Of a stretch of DNA of 64,000 bases, positions 1 to 11,220 are shown piece by piece. Made by a program: the position numbers and the translations under genes. This stretch comes from a virus. Lineage: Duplodnaviria > Caudoviricetes. The notes beneath the pieces were generated by a model, which had not been told where the DNA came from, made no database searches, and worked only from the letters and a program-made list of their open reading frames with translations. How positions within the stretch are numbered: position 1 is the first letter of the stretch; the number at the start of each line of letters is the position of its first letter. Location: positions 989 through 64,988 of IMG/VR virus record IMGVR_UViG_3300046170_000411; one strand, 5' to 3'.

Positions 1-1
1 T

Positions 2-109
2 GGCGGTTTGCTGTGTACGCCTCAGGTTTGGGTTGCTAAGCAATGGAACTTAGTAATAGTTAATTTAAACGTAACGTTGGGTTACTTAATTTATTTATAC
101 AATTTATAA
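2..109 (+). CDS. 3' end of a small hydrophobic/membrane protein (partial)
   Basis: Open frame GGLLCTPQVWVAKQWNLVIVNLNVTLGYLIYLYNL* whose TAA overlaps the nrdA ATG (TAATG). Confidence 0.55.
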   Translation, partial: GGLLCTPQVWVAKQWNLVIVNLNVTLGYLIYLYNL

Positions 110-1854
110 TGTGGAATAATGAATGGAAAAAAGGTGAAGACTACCCAGCCTGGGGAGATACCGAAGTTTACAAAAAGACTATATCCGGGGGATATTTGGT
201 TAACGGTGAATCCCCCAAGGATGCATACTGGAGAGTCTGCAACGCAGTCGCAAAGCGATTATACAAGCCAGAACTAGCCGAAAAGTTTTTTGAGTATATA
301 TGGCAGGGTTGGTTATGTTTAGCGTCTCCTGTGCTGTCTAATACAGGTACAGACCGGGGTTTACCTATCAGTTGCTTTGGTATTGACGTAGCAGATAGTA
401 TACAGGACATAGGCGCTAAAAATTTAGAAATGATGTTACTAGCAAAACACGGCGGGGGTGTTGGTATCGGAATTAATATGATTCGTCCCGCCGGTGCTAA
501 AATAACAGGTAATGGAACTTCAGACGGCGTTGTCCCTTTTTGCAAAATCTACGACTCAACTATACTCGCAACCAACCAAGGTAGCGTTAGAAGAGGAGCT
601 GCATCAGTTAATATCAATATTGAACACGATGACTTCCTCGATTGGATTGAAATTAGGGAACCAAAAGGGGACGTCAATAGACAATCTCTTAACCTACACC
701 AGTGTGCTGTCGTTGGCGATAAGTTTATGCGAAGACTTGAAGCGGGAGATCAAGACGCTCGGCAAAGATGGGCGAAGTTACTCCAAAAGCGTAAAGCAAC
801 TGGTGAGCCATATATCCTTTTTAAAGGCAACACGAACAAGTCTAATCCAGAAGCATATAAGAAAAACAGCCTGAAGGTACACATGACTAATATCTGTAGC
901 GAGATAACACTACATACAGATGAATCACATAGTTTTGTTTGCTGCTTATCATCACTTAATTTAGAAAAATACGACGAATGGAAAAATACAAATCTAGTGT
1001 ACGATGCTACTTGGTTCCTGGACGGTGTCCTGGAAGAATTCATACAGAGAGCAAAGAATATGCGGGGGTTCGAAAATTCTGTAAGGTCAGCTGTGAAGGG
1101 GCGGGCTCTGGGACTGGGAGTTCTGGGCTGGCATAGTTTGCTACAAAGAAACGGTATTGCCTTCGAGGGTTTGTTAGCTCAATTTAAAACTCGCGAGATA
1201 TTTAGCAAAATAAAAATTGAAACAGAAAGAGCTTCAAGAGCGTTGGCTGAAACATACGGTGAACCACTTTGGTGTGTCGGTACAGGCTTCCGCAATACGC
1301 ATTTAAGAGCTGTTGCACCAACCGTATCGAACTCAAAACTTTCTGGTAATGTTTCGCCAGGAATTGAGCCTTGGGCTGCCAACGTGTTCACAGAACAATC
1401 CGCTAAAGGAACGTTTATTAGAAGAAATAAAGAACTAGAAAAAGCATTAAGAAAAGTTGGAATCAACAATAAAGAAACTTGGGACAAAATTTTGGAAGAT
1501 GGTGGATCCGTTCAAGGAATTAAACAACTTGATGGATGGCATTACGATAACGGAGGAAGACTTACTCAAGAAGGAGAAGGAGAACCAGTAAAGAATGTAT
1601 TTAAAACATTCAAAGAAATAAATCAACTGGAGCTAGTTAAGCAAGCAGGCATAAGACAAGACTATATAGATCAGTCTGTAAGTTTAAACTTAGCATTTCC
1701 GTCCGAAGCACCACCTAGATGGTTGAATCAGGTGCATATTGAAGCGTGGAAACGAGGTATTAAAACTTTGTATTATACACGTACAGAATCTGTATTAAGA
1801 GGAGATATAGCAGCAGCGGCTATGGATCCTGATTGTTTAAGCTGCGATGGATAA
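109..1854 (+). CDS. nrdA: Ribonucleoside-diphosphate reductase class Ia alpha subunit, no ATP cone
   Basis: SPVLSN, ISCF, GGGVG, TNICSEI (radical Cys), CCLSSLN, APTVSNS, DQSVSLN, KTLYY and C-terminal CLSCDG motifs. Confidence 0.96.
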   Translation: MWNNEWKKGEDYPAWGDTEVYKKTISGGYLVNGESPKDAYWRVCNAVAKRLYKPELAEKFFEYIWQGWLCLASPVLSNTGTDRGLPISCFGIDVADSIQDIGAKNLEMMLLAKHGGGVGIGINMIRPAGAKITGNGTSDGVVPFCKIYDSTILATNQGSVRRGAASVNINIEHDDFLDWIEIREPKGDVNRQSLNLHQCAVVGDKFMRRLEAGDQDARQRWAKLLQKRKATGEPYILFKGNTNKSNPEAYKKNSLKVHMTNICSEITLHTDESHSFVCCLSSLNLEKYDEWKNTNLVYDATWFLDGVLEEFIQRAKNMRGFENSVRSAVKGRALGLGVLGWHSLLQRNGIAFEGLLAQFKTREIFSKIKIETERASRALAETYGEPLWCVGTGFRNTHLRAVAPTVSNSKLSGNVSPGIEPWAANVFTEQSAKGTFIRRNKELEKALRKVGINNKETWDKILEDGGSVQGIKQLDGWHYDNGGRLTQEGEGEPVKNVFKTFKEINQLELVKQAGIRQDYIDQSVSLNLAFPSEAPPRWLNQVHIEAWKRGIKTLYYTRTESVLRGDIAAAAMDPDCLSCDG

Positions 1855-1878
1855 TTTAATATTACCATTTTAAATAAT

Positions 1879-1921
1879 TAAAGGGGATGACGCCGTAATT
1901 GGTATCATCCCCTTTTTTTTG
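1879..1921 (+). terminator. Rho-independent terminator at the convergence of the two transcription arms
   Basis: AAGGGGATGA...TCATCCCCTT stem followed by a T run, between convergent genes. Confidence 0.85.
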
Positions 1922-1922
1922 T

Positions 1923-4900
1923 TTAAGCATATAACTTTTTACGCTTAATCTCTTTGGTACTCGGTTCAGCATTATATGCTTTCTTTTCCCAAGGTAAACT
2001 AGGATGGCCTTCTATATAAGATTTCCCTTTATAAATAATCTTGCCATTTTTGCGCTCATACTTACTGTCATTCCAATACACATAATTATCATCATAATTA
2101 AGCTTTCCAGCTTTCATATCTTTCATGTGTTGCTCTTCATGAGCAATAGTTTTTCGCACGTTCAACAGGAGATAGGTTAGGGTCTATCTCTATAGTTCCA
2201 TCGTTGTTTGCTCTTCCGGCTATGCCGTTGTCTAACTTATTTAAAGCTGAATCTTCAATTTCAAAATCTTCTGTATTAATTTCAAAATCTTCCGTATCAA
2301 TTTCAAAATCATTAGTTTCAATTTCAAAATCTTTAGAATCAACATCAAAACCTTTTTTAGGTTTATCATCAATACCTAATTCCCATTTACTCCAACCTAA
2401 TGTTAAGAATAGTTTTTCCCAAGCATCAGTTTCTTCATTTAATACAGCCTCTAAATTTTGAGCTTTTCTAATTACTCTATCTAATGGGTAGCCTGCGAAT
2501 GAAGCAGCATTACCTGTAATTTCTAATACTGGGTTATCTAATTTAGGCTCAAAAGGATCTTGCTCTATTTGTTTATGGTTATATTTATATATATTTCCAA
2601 TAGCAACAATATCTTTTAATTTAGTGTTAAGAGGTGGAGATATTGCTGTTGCTTCAAGAGCTAACTTATAAGCATTATCAATTCTTCCTTTGTTTTCTAT
2701 TTGCTCATTAGCTTCCGCTAAAACAGAATATATTGAACCAACAACTGCGCCTGGATTGCCTAAAGATTTAGCATAAGAAGTTAAAGCTCTTTCAATTGCT
2801 GTAATTGTTTTTTCTTCTAATTTATCTTCTTCGTCATCACTAAAGAAAGATGCGAACAATGCGCTCTTGTAAAGCATTAAACAACATTGCTTGTCCAACA
2901 GTATAGTAAAATACTGATTGCAAATCTTTTCTTACTTGATTCATGCCACCTTGAGCTTTAGATCTACCGGAAGCTACATCTTGCAACTTTCTTTTAGATA
3001 TACGAGCATATTGAAAAGGTGTATTTGCAAAAGCATAAATTATTTTTCCAATTGACGATGCTTGTATTTCAGATATTCTAGCCGGATCAGAAGATTGTTG
3101 AGATTCTTCTGCAGCAGCAACCCAATCTTTTAAAGCTTGTGATTCTGCTTCTTGCTCGGTTATACCTTGCTTCATTAAAGCATTAGCTCTATTCCTATAA
3201 AAAGCCGCACCTCCTAAAGCAATAGCAAAACTATCTGCATATCTAGTTGGTAAAAACCCTTTCTTTAAAAGTTTATTTAAAAATGTATCAGGGTTTTCGG
3301 CTATTTCATCAGCAAGAACATCAAACTTAGCGCCTTCTCTTCTATTTGATAAATAATCACTATTCCATAAAGTATTGTAATCTTTTTGCCATTGCGTTTG
3401 ATTTGCAAAAGCTGCTGTGGCTTGAAATAAATTATTATTATCTTGCCCAATAAAGTTTAAAGAAGATAAAAGCTGTAATGCAGCAGATCTAGTATTAAAG
3501 AACATTGTTGTGGCAACAGATCTATTAATCCAATTTAAAAAGTTATTAGATTGTGCATCCGTTGAAATTCTATTCCTACCTGTTTGCATACGTTTTAAAC
3601 TGTTACGTAATGCTTGAACATACTTTTTGCCAAAAACATTTTCTATTTCTTGCAGATTATCTTTATTAAATATTGCATCTACATTATCAGAAAAAGTTTC
3701 TAAATGACGTGTTCTAGAACCTTTGTTGATTGCATCGTAAATAGATTTATTAAAAGGTATGCTTCTCCAGTTTTTATCGTATTCAATGTCATAATTATCT
3801 GCAATTTCTTCCGCCATATATTTAGCTTCAGGATTTGCTTCTACCGCGCCTATCATTCTGTCTAAGTATTCTTGCTTAAGAATATCAACTTCAATATCGG
3901 CTTTATTCCAATTATAAACTTTTATAGCATCACCAATAGTATAAGGTGTTCCTTCAACATTTTCTTCTAAATTTATTTTGCTATTATTTTTTAGCTCAAC
4001 AAATCTTTTCGATAGTTGAAGTATTTCAGCTTCACCAGCTGCTACACCTTCAGAATATGGCTTTAATATAGTTGAATTAAAAAACTTTTTAGCCAATACG
4101 CCTTCTTTGCCATCAGGTAAGAAAGCATACAGTAAACCTTTTATATCTTCAGCATTAGAAGGAATAAACCATTTAGATGGTCTTTTGCCTTTTTGCTTTT
4201 GTATATTAAGTATTCTTCTAAAGTTTCTTTCTAAACCATCCGCTTGCTTTTCTTTTCTTTTTTGCTCGTCGAGTTTGTTTAATTCTTCATTTATTTGCTT
4301 AGAAGATTTGTTTTTATTGTCTTCAGCTAATTTTGCTTGCTGAACTTTTACCTTGCCGTCTATTGTTTTTAAAGCATCTTTTACGGCTTTTACATTTTTA
4401 ATAGCATCATCTGCAAAGTAAAAATCATTAAAAGCCTTCTTGTTCTGCTTTTTGCAACATCCAATCCGCCTTAGCTTTTGCAGATCCGTCGCCAAGTCCA
4501 ACAATATTGTCAAGTTTAAAATCTAAACCTAATGCGTCTAAAAATTCTTTAATAGCAAATTTAGCATCAGCAGGTCTTGCTGTTAATATGTACAAGTCTT
4601 CATTGCCTCTTGCTTTAGCAATTCTTTGAGCAACAGAAAATAAAGGGCCCGGGTTTTCCGTCTATAACTTCACTAAACTGAGAAAAGTTAAATTCAGCGC
4701 CTTTAGCTTTTAAGTCATCGCTTTTTGCGGCAAATTCAGTAGCGTTTAAACTACCAGTTTTGCCATCAGGCATTGTGTATAGCACTTTTGACGAAGAACG
4801 AGCTACAGTATCATCAAAGTCAAATACTCTTATTTTTTTGGCTGTGCCTTCATTTAAAGTATTTAGCTTATTAACTCTATCTTGCTCATTTTTTATAGCA

Positions 4901-7900
4901 TTCTCATTTGCAATTGCTAATGCGATAGTAGCGCCGGTTGGTTCTTTCTTAACTTCAGTTACGGCTTGCTTAGCAAAATCTAACCACTCTTGCCGAGACA
5001 TATAGTCTTGTACTTTTTTGTACCCAGCTTCAAGCGCTTTAGCAAGGTTTTTAGAGCTTCTATAAGCTAGTTTAGTGGCTCTTAATCCTCCAATTAATAT
5101 ATTTATAGGTACAGCTGCAAAGTTGGCCTGTAGGGCTCCTTTTGGGCCCAAATAATCTTCTAGCTTACCTATTGCTCTATCAATTAGAGTTTCAATATTA
5201 TCTTCAGTTTTTTCTTGAATTACTTTTTGCTGAGCATTTATAACATCAGGTGTTTTGTTTGTTGCTTCAGCACCAAAAGTTTTAGCAACTGTTTTGCCTG
5301 TTTCAAAAAATTCAATACCATTAGGGTCAATACCTCCATTATTGTTATTAACCAAGTCATTAAAATAACGAGCCCAAGTATTATCTGTAAACTTCCATCC
5401 TTTTGGCATTCTAGAGGTATAGTTGAAATCTTTACCTTTTAATTTATTGTCATCATTAACAGCTAAAGCTACCTGAAAATAATTTTTTTCTACATTTTTA
5501 AACGCATTATCTACGTCGTCATTCAATATAGAATTAAATAAATATTTTCCAACTAAACTTGCTGGCATAGTATGCTCCTCCCTCATGCCGGAAGAAAGAT
5601 CTCTAGAAAATGCTTTTAAAGGAGCGGCAAATCTTAAAATATGATTTTGATTATTTGATGCGGACTTATACCATGTAGCTATAAATTTAGCCGTGCTTTT
5701 ATCGTCTGCATACATTTTAGCAAATTGCTGAGTTGCAAATTTGAGAGTTTTCATGTTTTCAACCCCTTGAGCTTGTATTTTTTTAAAGCTCTTTTTTAAA
5801 TCTGATAAAGTAACTTCAGCTTTATTTTTGCCTTTAAATAAACCTTTTACATATACCTTAGCTTGTTGGCCTAATCCTTTGTAATCAATTCTACCAACTA
5901 AATTCCAGTTTACCCCAGATGTGTCTTCAGCAAATTTTGAAGACTCTAATTCTTGAGCAACATTTTCTTTGTTAGCAAAAGCCATTCTAGATGAAGAGTT
6001 TGTTAAATGTCCAGATCTAGCTATAAAAAAGAATTCTTTTGGAAAATATTTAGTCATTACATTTTTTACCCAGCCTTTAAATATTTCTTTGTCCTCTTGA
6101 TTAGTTTTATTATCAATTATTAAAGTTTTTTCACTATCTGGCAATTGCTTATTCCAATCTTTAGTTTGGGATTCTGCATCATCCTCTGAAACCTCTGTTG
6201 ATTCTTGAAATTTCTTATAGTCAAACCACTCTGAATCATCATTTTCTACAATAGATTTAGCGGTCTCCTCAACTTCTTGTTTTTGTGTTAAAGCAAATCG
6301 CTCGCGTACTTCAGGATCATTCTGTAACAAGTCAGAAGCATACTCTGCACCAACCGCTTTAGCCAAATATTGAGGTAATTGTTTTTTAACACGATCATTA
6401 ATTGTGCTAGCTTTTAAACCCTCTTGATCTCTACCTAAAAAATAATCTACAAAAGCCTCCTTAGTCGGTGATTTTAAATTCCATTCTTGAAATGTTTGAT
6501 TACGCGTAGCTTTAGCTAAAGAACTTTGCGGTATTGCATCCCATATTGTTCCAGCGAATTGTTCCATAAAAGCTTCACGCTCTTTTGGCTTTGGCACTAA
6601 AGCACGTATGTCTTCAAATATTTCGTTATTAATAGAGTTAACTAAATCTGTAGTAAAAGTTTTGGAATCTACATCTTTAGCTGTTGACAATGCTTTTATA
6701 GCTGCATTGCGAGCTTTATTCATTATTTCATCGCTTAATCCTAAGCGTTTTGTAAATTTAGGGCCTTTAACAGCCGGCATATCAACTTCTTCAGCCTCAA
6801 TTTCTTGAGCTTGCTCTGTATCAATACTCACCCCACCTACAGTAGCTTGCTTACCTAATCTTTCATCAACAATTCTTTTAGACCTATTTTCTAAATTTTT
6901 TGTAATCCAAGTTGTTAATAATTGATCTTGAGTAGGATCAAAGCTTTTATACAATCCGTATAAAGAAGATGCTTTGTTTCTTTCTGTTCCGAATATTAAA
7001 TCTCGTATAAAATCTTCTTTTTTTATAGCTCCCTCCCCAAACTCAGGGTTTTCTCTAAATTTTCTGTTTGTTATGCTGGTTAATAAATCTTGCATATTAG
7101 GCAAGACTACATCATAAAATGTTTTATCGCTAGAATCTTTTTTATATGCATCATTTATTTCATTTGCATTTTTAACAGTTCTAGCTGCTACATCTTCAGG
7201 GACTGCTTCAGAAACTTCTTCAACAATTCCTTTGATTCTATTTTTAGCTTCAATAAAAGAACTTTTATACCCGTCTACAGCAGAATTGTACTCTTCTATG
7301 GTTATTTCTCCTTTACTTAACTTATTTTCTAAATTTTTTACCCGTGTTACTTGCATTTTAGCAAGATCCGTCATATTGTTTATTTCGTCAATATCCTTTT
7401 TAGAAAATAATTCTACTATAGAATTTCCTTTTACTATTCTATCTGAAAGATTTTGTTTTATTTCATTAATATTATTTTTAATTCCGTTTATTACTTCCGG
7501 ATCTTTTGCTTTTGCTAAATCATTATTTAATTTTGAAAGCTTTTCAATGTCTGTTTCTATTGCTTTATAATCAACAGGTGCTCTTAAAGAAGAAATTGCT
7601 TTTCGCACGTCTTTATTGCCAACACCACTAAAACCTGCGCCACCAATAAAACCTTGAACACCGGCTTCCCAAGTTTCTTGATCATCTAATGCTTCTACGA
7701 AAGCATCTGCTGCATCATTTACAGACCCAGTTTTACCATATTCTTCTTGAGATTTTTCTAAAGAAGTTTGCAGTACCTCAGTAGTCATTTCTGCAGACCC
7801 AGCTCCTATAAAATTTCCTAGCTTTTTAATAACCGGCCCAGTTAATTTTTTTGTTGCAGCACCAGCTATTTTATCAAAACCAATTTTTTCAAGAGTGGAC

Positions 7901-8820
7901 ATTGCCGTAGAATAAATGGCAGGTGCTAAAGTTTCGTCCTCTCCGTCTTGTATTAACTGTTCTAGTGTTTTTCCTTCTGATTTAGCTTTTTCTGTATTTA
8001 TTGTTTTGTAAGAATCGGCAAAAAAATCGGCTAATAAAATAGCAGAAGTACCCCCGCCAGCCATTATTTCTAACATTGAAGGTATTAAAGCGGTTCCAGC
8101 ATTTACTGTGCCGGCTAAAACTTCAGCGGCATCAGCATTTTTAAAGCCTTTAATAACCTCTCCGGTAGGCCCCATTTTTTGTTGGTTTAGCTCTATAATT
8201 CTTGCAGCATCAACAGTTTCTTTTTCAGTTAAGCCTTCTGTCCAAAAAGTATCTTCCCCAACAGCATTAACAAATTTATCTACATTTTCATCACCAAATA
8301 TTTTTCTATATACTATGCCGCTAGATAAATTAACTTTTGGAAATATATTTTGTATTCTAAGATACATATTTTCCATTGACTGCGCCATTTTTTCAGTGGC
8401 AGTCATTTCTTCTGGAAGTTTACGTTGCTCTTGAATTCTTCTTAGCTCCCCTTCAAACATAGCTTCTTTATCTAGCCTAACAGATTCTTCATAAGCTTTT
8501 ATTTCTTCTTCTGTTGCTTTAGGGGCTGTTTCAGGTAATACAGAAACATCAAATTCTTCAGGCTTTTGAAATTCCAAAAAACCATCTTCCAACTGCAAAT
8601 CCGTATCTACGGGCTCCACTCCTGCAGGTGCAGTTTCCGCCACAGGAGTTGCTGGCTTTTCCACGGGGTCGGGGTCTATTTCAAAATCAATTGATTCTTC
8701 CGAAGCCGCCGTTATCCCAGCTTCTTTAATATACGTGTCAATGTCTACCCCGCTTTGTTCTGCGGCACTTTGAACTTGTTCAAGTGTGTACTCTTCGTTA
8801 TTAAAAGTGTATTTTGTCAT
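1923..8820 (-). CDS. Giant internal/ejected virion protein (~2300 aa after correcting four +1 insertions); sigma-like, HAD-like and C-terminal HExxH domains
   Basis: ORFs 4615-8820, 2840-4513, 2137-2898 and 1923-2165 join into one frame if single extra bases near 4645, 4432, 2866 and 2152 are removed; last gene of the structural operon, after the ejection proteins. Confidence 0.75.
2251..2352 (-). repeat. 21-bp tandem repeat encoding an acidic DFEI(E/D/N)xx heptad linker
   Basis: AATTTCAAAATC at 2257, 2278, 2299 and 2320, plus a degenerate copy at 2341. Confidence 0.9.
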
Positions 8821-8822
8821 TA

Positions 8823-10592
8823 TTATTTATTTAAAATTGGCAATGCGCCAGGTTTTGTCCCTAAAATTTGTGAGTATGACTCCATAGAAAATGGCGTGCC
8901 TTTTGATTTTTCGCCTTTTTTGCCTTGCCGCACTATATAAGCTTTTCCGTCTTTATAAGCCACTCTATAGCCTTTATCTTTCATGCTAGGGGGAATTGCA
9001 TCATTATATTTGCTTACGCTCGTTTCGTTTAATTCACCTAATGATTTTATTTTGTCAACTATTTGTTTTTGCGTTCTTTCCCCAGCTGTTGTTGCCCCCG
9101 TTTTAGGGGTGGCAAACCTAGTTGTTTGTGTTTGTTGAAAATAAACATTTCCAATATTACGATCATAAAGCTCTTCAGCAGCATCATTTAACATTTCATC
9201 TGTAATTGCACCATCTGCTTTTACAAACTCTTGATATAATGTATGATCAACACCTAACTTAGCCATATAAGATCTAAGTTTATTTTCATCTGCAGCTAAA
9301 CTATTTTTAATATAAGCTGTGCCTATTTCTTTAGCTTTTTCTGGCGATGCTGTTGCTCTACCAAAACCAAATTTAGTTTTAGTATCTTGTTGATATTTAT
9401 TAATAAGCTTTTCAGCGCCGGCCATAATAGGAGCTAAACTTGCGTTTTCAACAAGTCTAAATCCTGCCGTGCCATTTGCTATTTTAGAAACTGGAACTTT
9501 TATTAATGCATTTCCACGTGTTTTGCCGCTGACATAATCTACTCCATTTATATTTTTTATAGATAAAGCTTCAGGATTCTTTTCAAGTGTATTATAAAAA
9601 TCAACCATTTCTTTATCAGAAGCATCTATATCATATGTACCTTTGTTTTCTAAATATTCAGCTCTTAACTTTGTTAAATTAGTTCTGGCTGCTGCAGCTG
9701 ATTTTATTTCTGACTCTAAAGTAGATTTTATATTATTATAATCTAACTTACTTATATCTCCATTGGCATATTGATTAAATGCATCAGCTAGTCTTTTCTT
9801 TTTTTCCATGCCTAAAGCTAAGTAATTCTGCCTGGCTTCATCAGACACGAAATCTGCTTCAACATTTAAAGAACCCATTTCATCATCAAGCTCTTGCTCA
9901 TAATCTGCTTTTACAGCCTGATCATAATTATATTTATCTATAACTAAATTAAATCCTTCAGCTGCTGCTGCGCCTAATCTACCTTTTGCGTATTCAGGGA
10001 TTACTGCTCTTTTTAGTTGTCTATAGTCAACGCCTTCGGTTTGTAAAAAAGGTGATTGAGCAGCATGTATAACTCTTCGCAACGGGGTATCTTCATCGCC
10101 TTTATTTTTATATCTTAAAGAATCTATAGCTTTTAATACCTCTGGGTTTAATCTTTGAACAGCACTAATTCCTAATGTGGTCGGCGATACTGTTCCTGTT
10201 TGTTCAACCGGAATTTTAATTTCTGTAGGAATGTTTGTTAACTCTGTCATACTTATGCCAAAATCTTGCGCCCTCTGCTTTGTAACTTTGTTATTAATAT
10301 TAGTGGGAGGTGCTTTGGTAAATATTCCTTTCCCTGACAGATCAGTATTAACTAATTTTGCCATATTAGCATATACGTCTCCAAAACCAGAATAGTCTTT
10401 TTCATCTATTGAAGGTTTTTTTTCTCCACCCAAACCCCCGGAATCTATAACATTGCTAGCATCTCCTTCACTTTCTTCAGAGCTAAAATCCATTTGAGTT
10501 AATAAAGCACCTAATTGCACAATAGCTTCACCGGTTAAATCTACAGGTTGGCCTGCGGAAGCTATAGCTTTATAATTTAATAAATCTCTCAT
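8823..10592 (-). CDS. Putative internal virion (ejection) protein
   Basis: 589 aa, helical, lies between a pilot-like protein and the giant protein. Confidence 0.55.
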   Translation of the reverse strand: MRDLLNYKAIASAGQPVDLTGEAIVQLGALLTQMDFSSEESEGDASNVIDSGGLGGEKKPSIDEKDYSGFGDVYANMAKLVNTDLSGKGIFTKAPPTNINNKVTKQRAQDFGISMTELTNIPTEIKIPVEQTGTVSPTTLGISAVQRLNPEVLKAIDSLRYKNKGDEDTPLRRVIHAAQSPFLQTEGVDYRQLKRAVIPEYAKGRLGAAAAEGFNLVIDKYNYDQAVKADYEQELDDEMGSLNVEADFVSDEARQNYLALGMEKKKRLADAFNQYANGDISKLDYNNIKSTLESEIKSAAAARTNLTKLRAEYLENKGTYDIDASDKEMVDFYNTLEKNPEALSIKNINGVDYVSGKTRGNALIKVPVSKIANGTAGFRLVENASLAPIMAGAEKLINKYQQDTKTKFGFGRATASPEKAKEIGTAYIKNSLAADENKLRSYMAKLGVDHTLYQEFVKADGAITDEMLNDAAEELYDRNIGNVYFQQTQTTRFATPKTGATTAGERTQKQIVDKIKSLGELNETSVSKYNDAIPPSMKDKGYRVAYKDGKAYIVRQGKKGEKSKGTPFSMESYSQILGTKPGALPILNK

Positions 10593-10595
10593 ATT

Positions 10596-11204
10596 TTATT
10601 GCTTTTTAAAACCGAAATTACCTGATTCTAAACCTGCTCCAACGCCACCAATAGTACTTCCAATACCCCCAACCAAAGATGCTGTAGCTTGAGCCCTAGC
10701 TTGGTCAGCTGCATTTCTTCTCGCTGCCGCTAAATTTAAAAGTTGTTGTTGTCTTCCGTATTGCCTTTGTTGCATAACATCAGCACCTTGAGCTTCCATT
10801 TGTTGCAGTCTTGCTTCTTGCTGCATTCTTCTAGCTTGATTAGTCTGCTCTTGCCTTGCAATATCAGCGGATATACCAGCTTTAGATTGTAAAGCAGCTT
10901 GAGCTATAGCCTGTGCACCGCCTGGCGCTCCGCCAGAAACAGTAGCAGCTTGTAAAGCTTGAGCCAACGCTGCATCAGTTTGTTGGCCTTGAAATTGTGC
11001 AGCCTGTTGATTAACAGTCGCGTCTTCAAAAACATTTTCTAAACCAGCGTATTGATTTTCAAATTGAAAGTCTTTAAACGCTTGTTGCTGAGCCTCAAAT
11101 TCCGCAGCTGCAGCTCTAGCTTCTCTGCGCCTTCTACCGCCGCCAATCAAAGAGCCTGCAATTTGTGTTGCGCCACCGATTATACCCATTATTGGTAATG
11201 CCAT
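10596..11204 (-). CDS. Putative ejection/DNA pilot protein
   Basis: Gly-rich hydrophobic N-terminus, Ala/Gln-rich coiled coil and Gly-rich hydrophobic C-terminus, typical of podoviral ejection proteins. Confidence 0.65.
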   Translation of the reverse strand: MALPIMGIIGGATQIAGSLIGGGRRRREARAAAAEFEAQQQAFKDFQFENQYAGLENVFEDATVNQQAAQFQGQQTDAALAQALQAATVSGGAPGGAQAIAQAALQSKAGISADIARQEQTNQARRMQQEARLQQMEAQGADVMQQRQYGRQQQLLNLAAARRNAADQARAQATASLVGGIGSTIGGVGAGLESGNFGFKKQ

Positions 11205-11220
11205 ATTCTATTTATTTATT

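Noticed and set aside
4800-4835. DFDD as the catalytic motif of a crAss-like virion RNA polymerase
   Set aside because: RNAP needs DxDxD (DFDGD/DFDID); here it is DFDDT followed by TAR and DD motifs, which is a HAD signature
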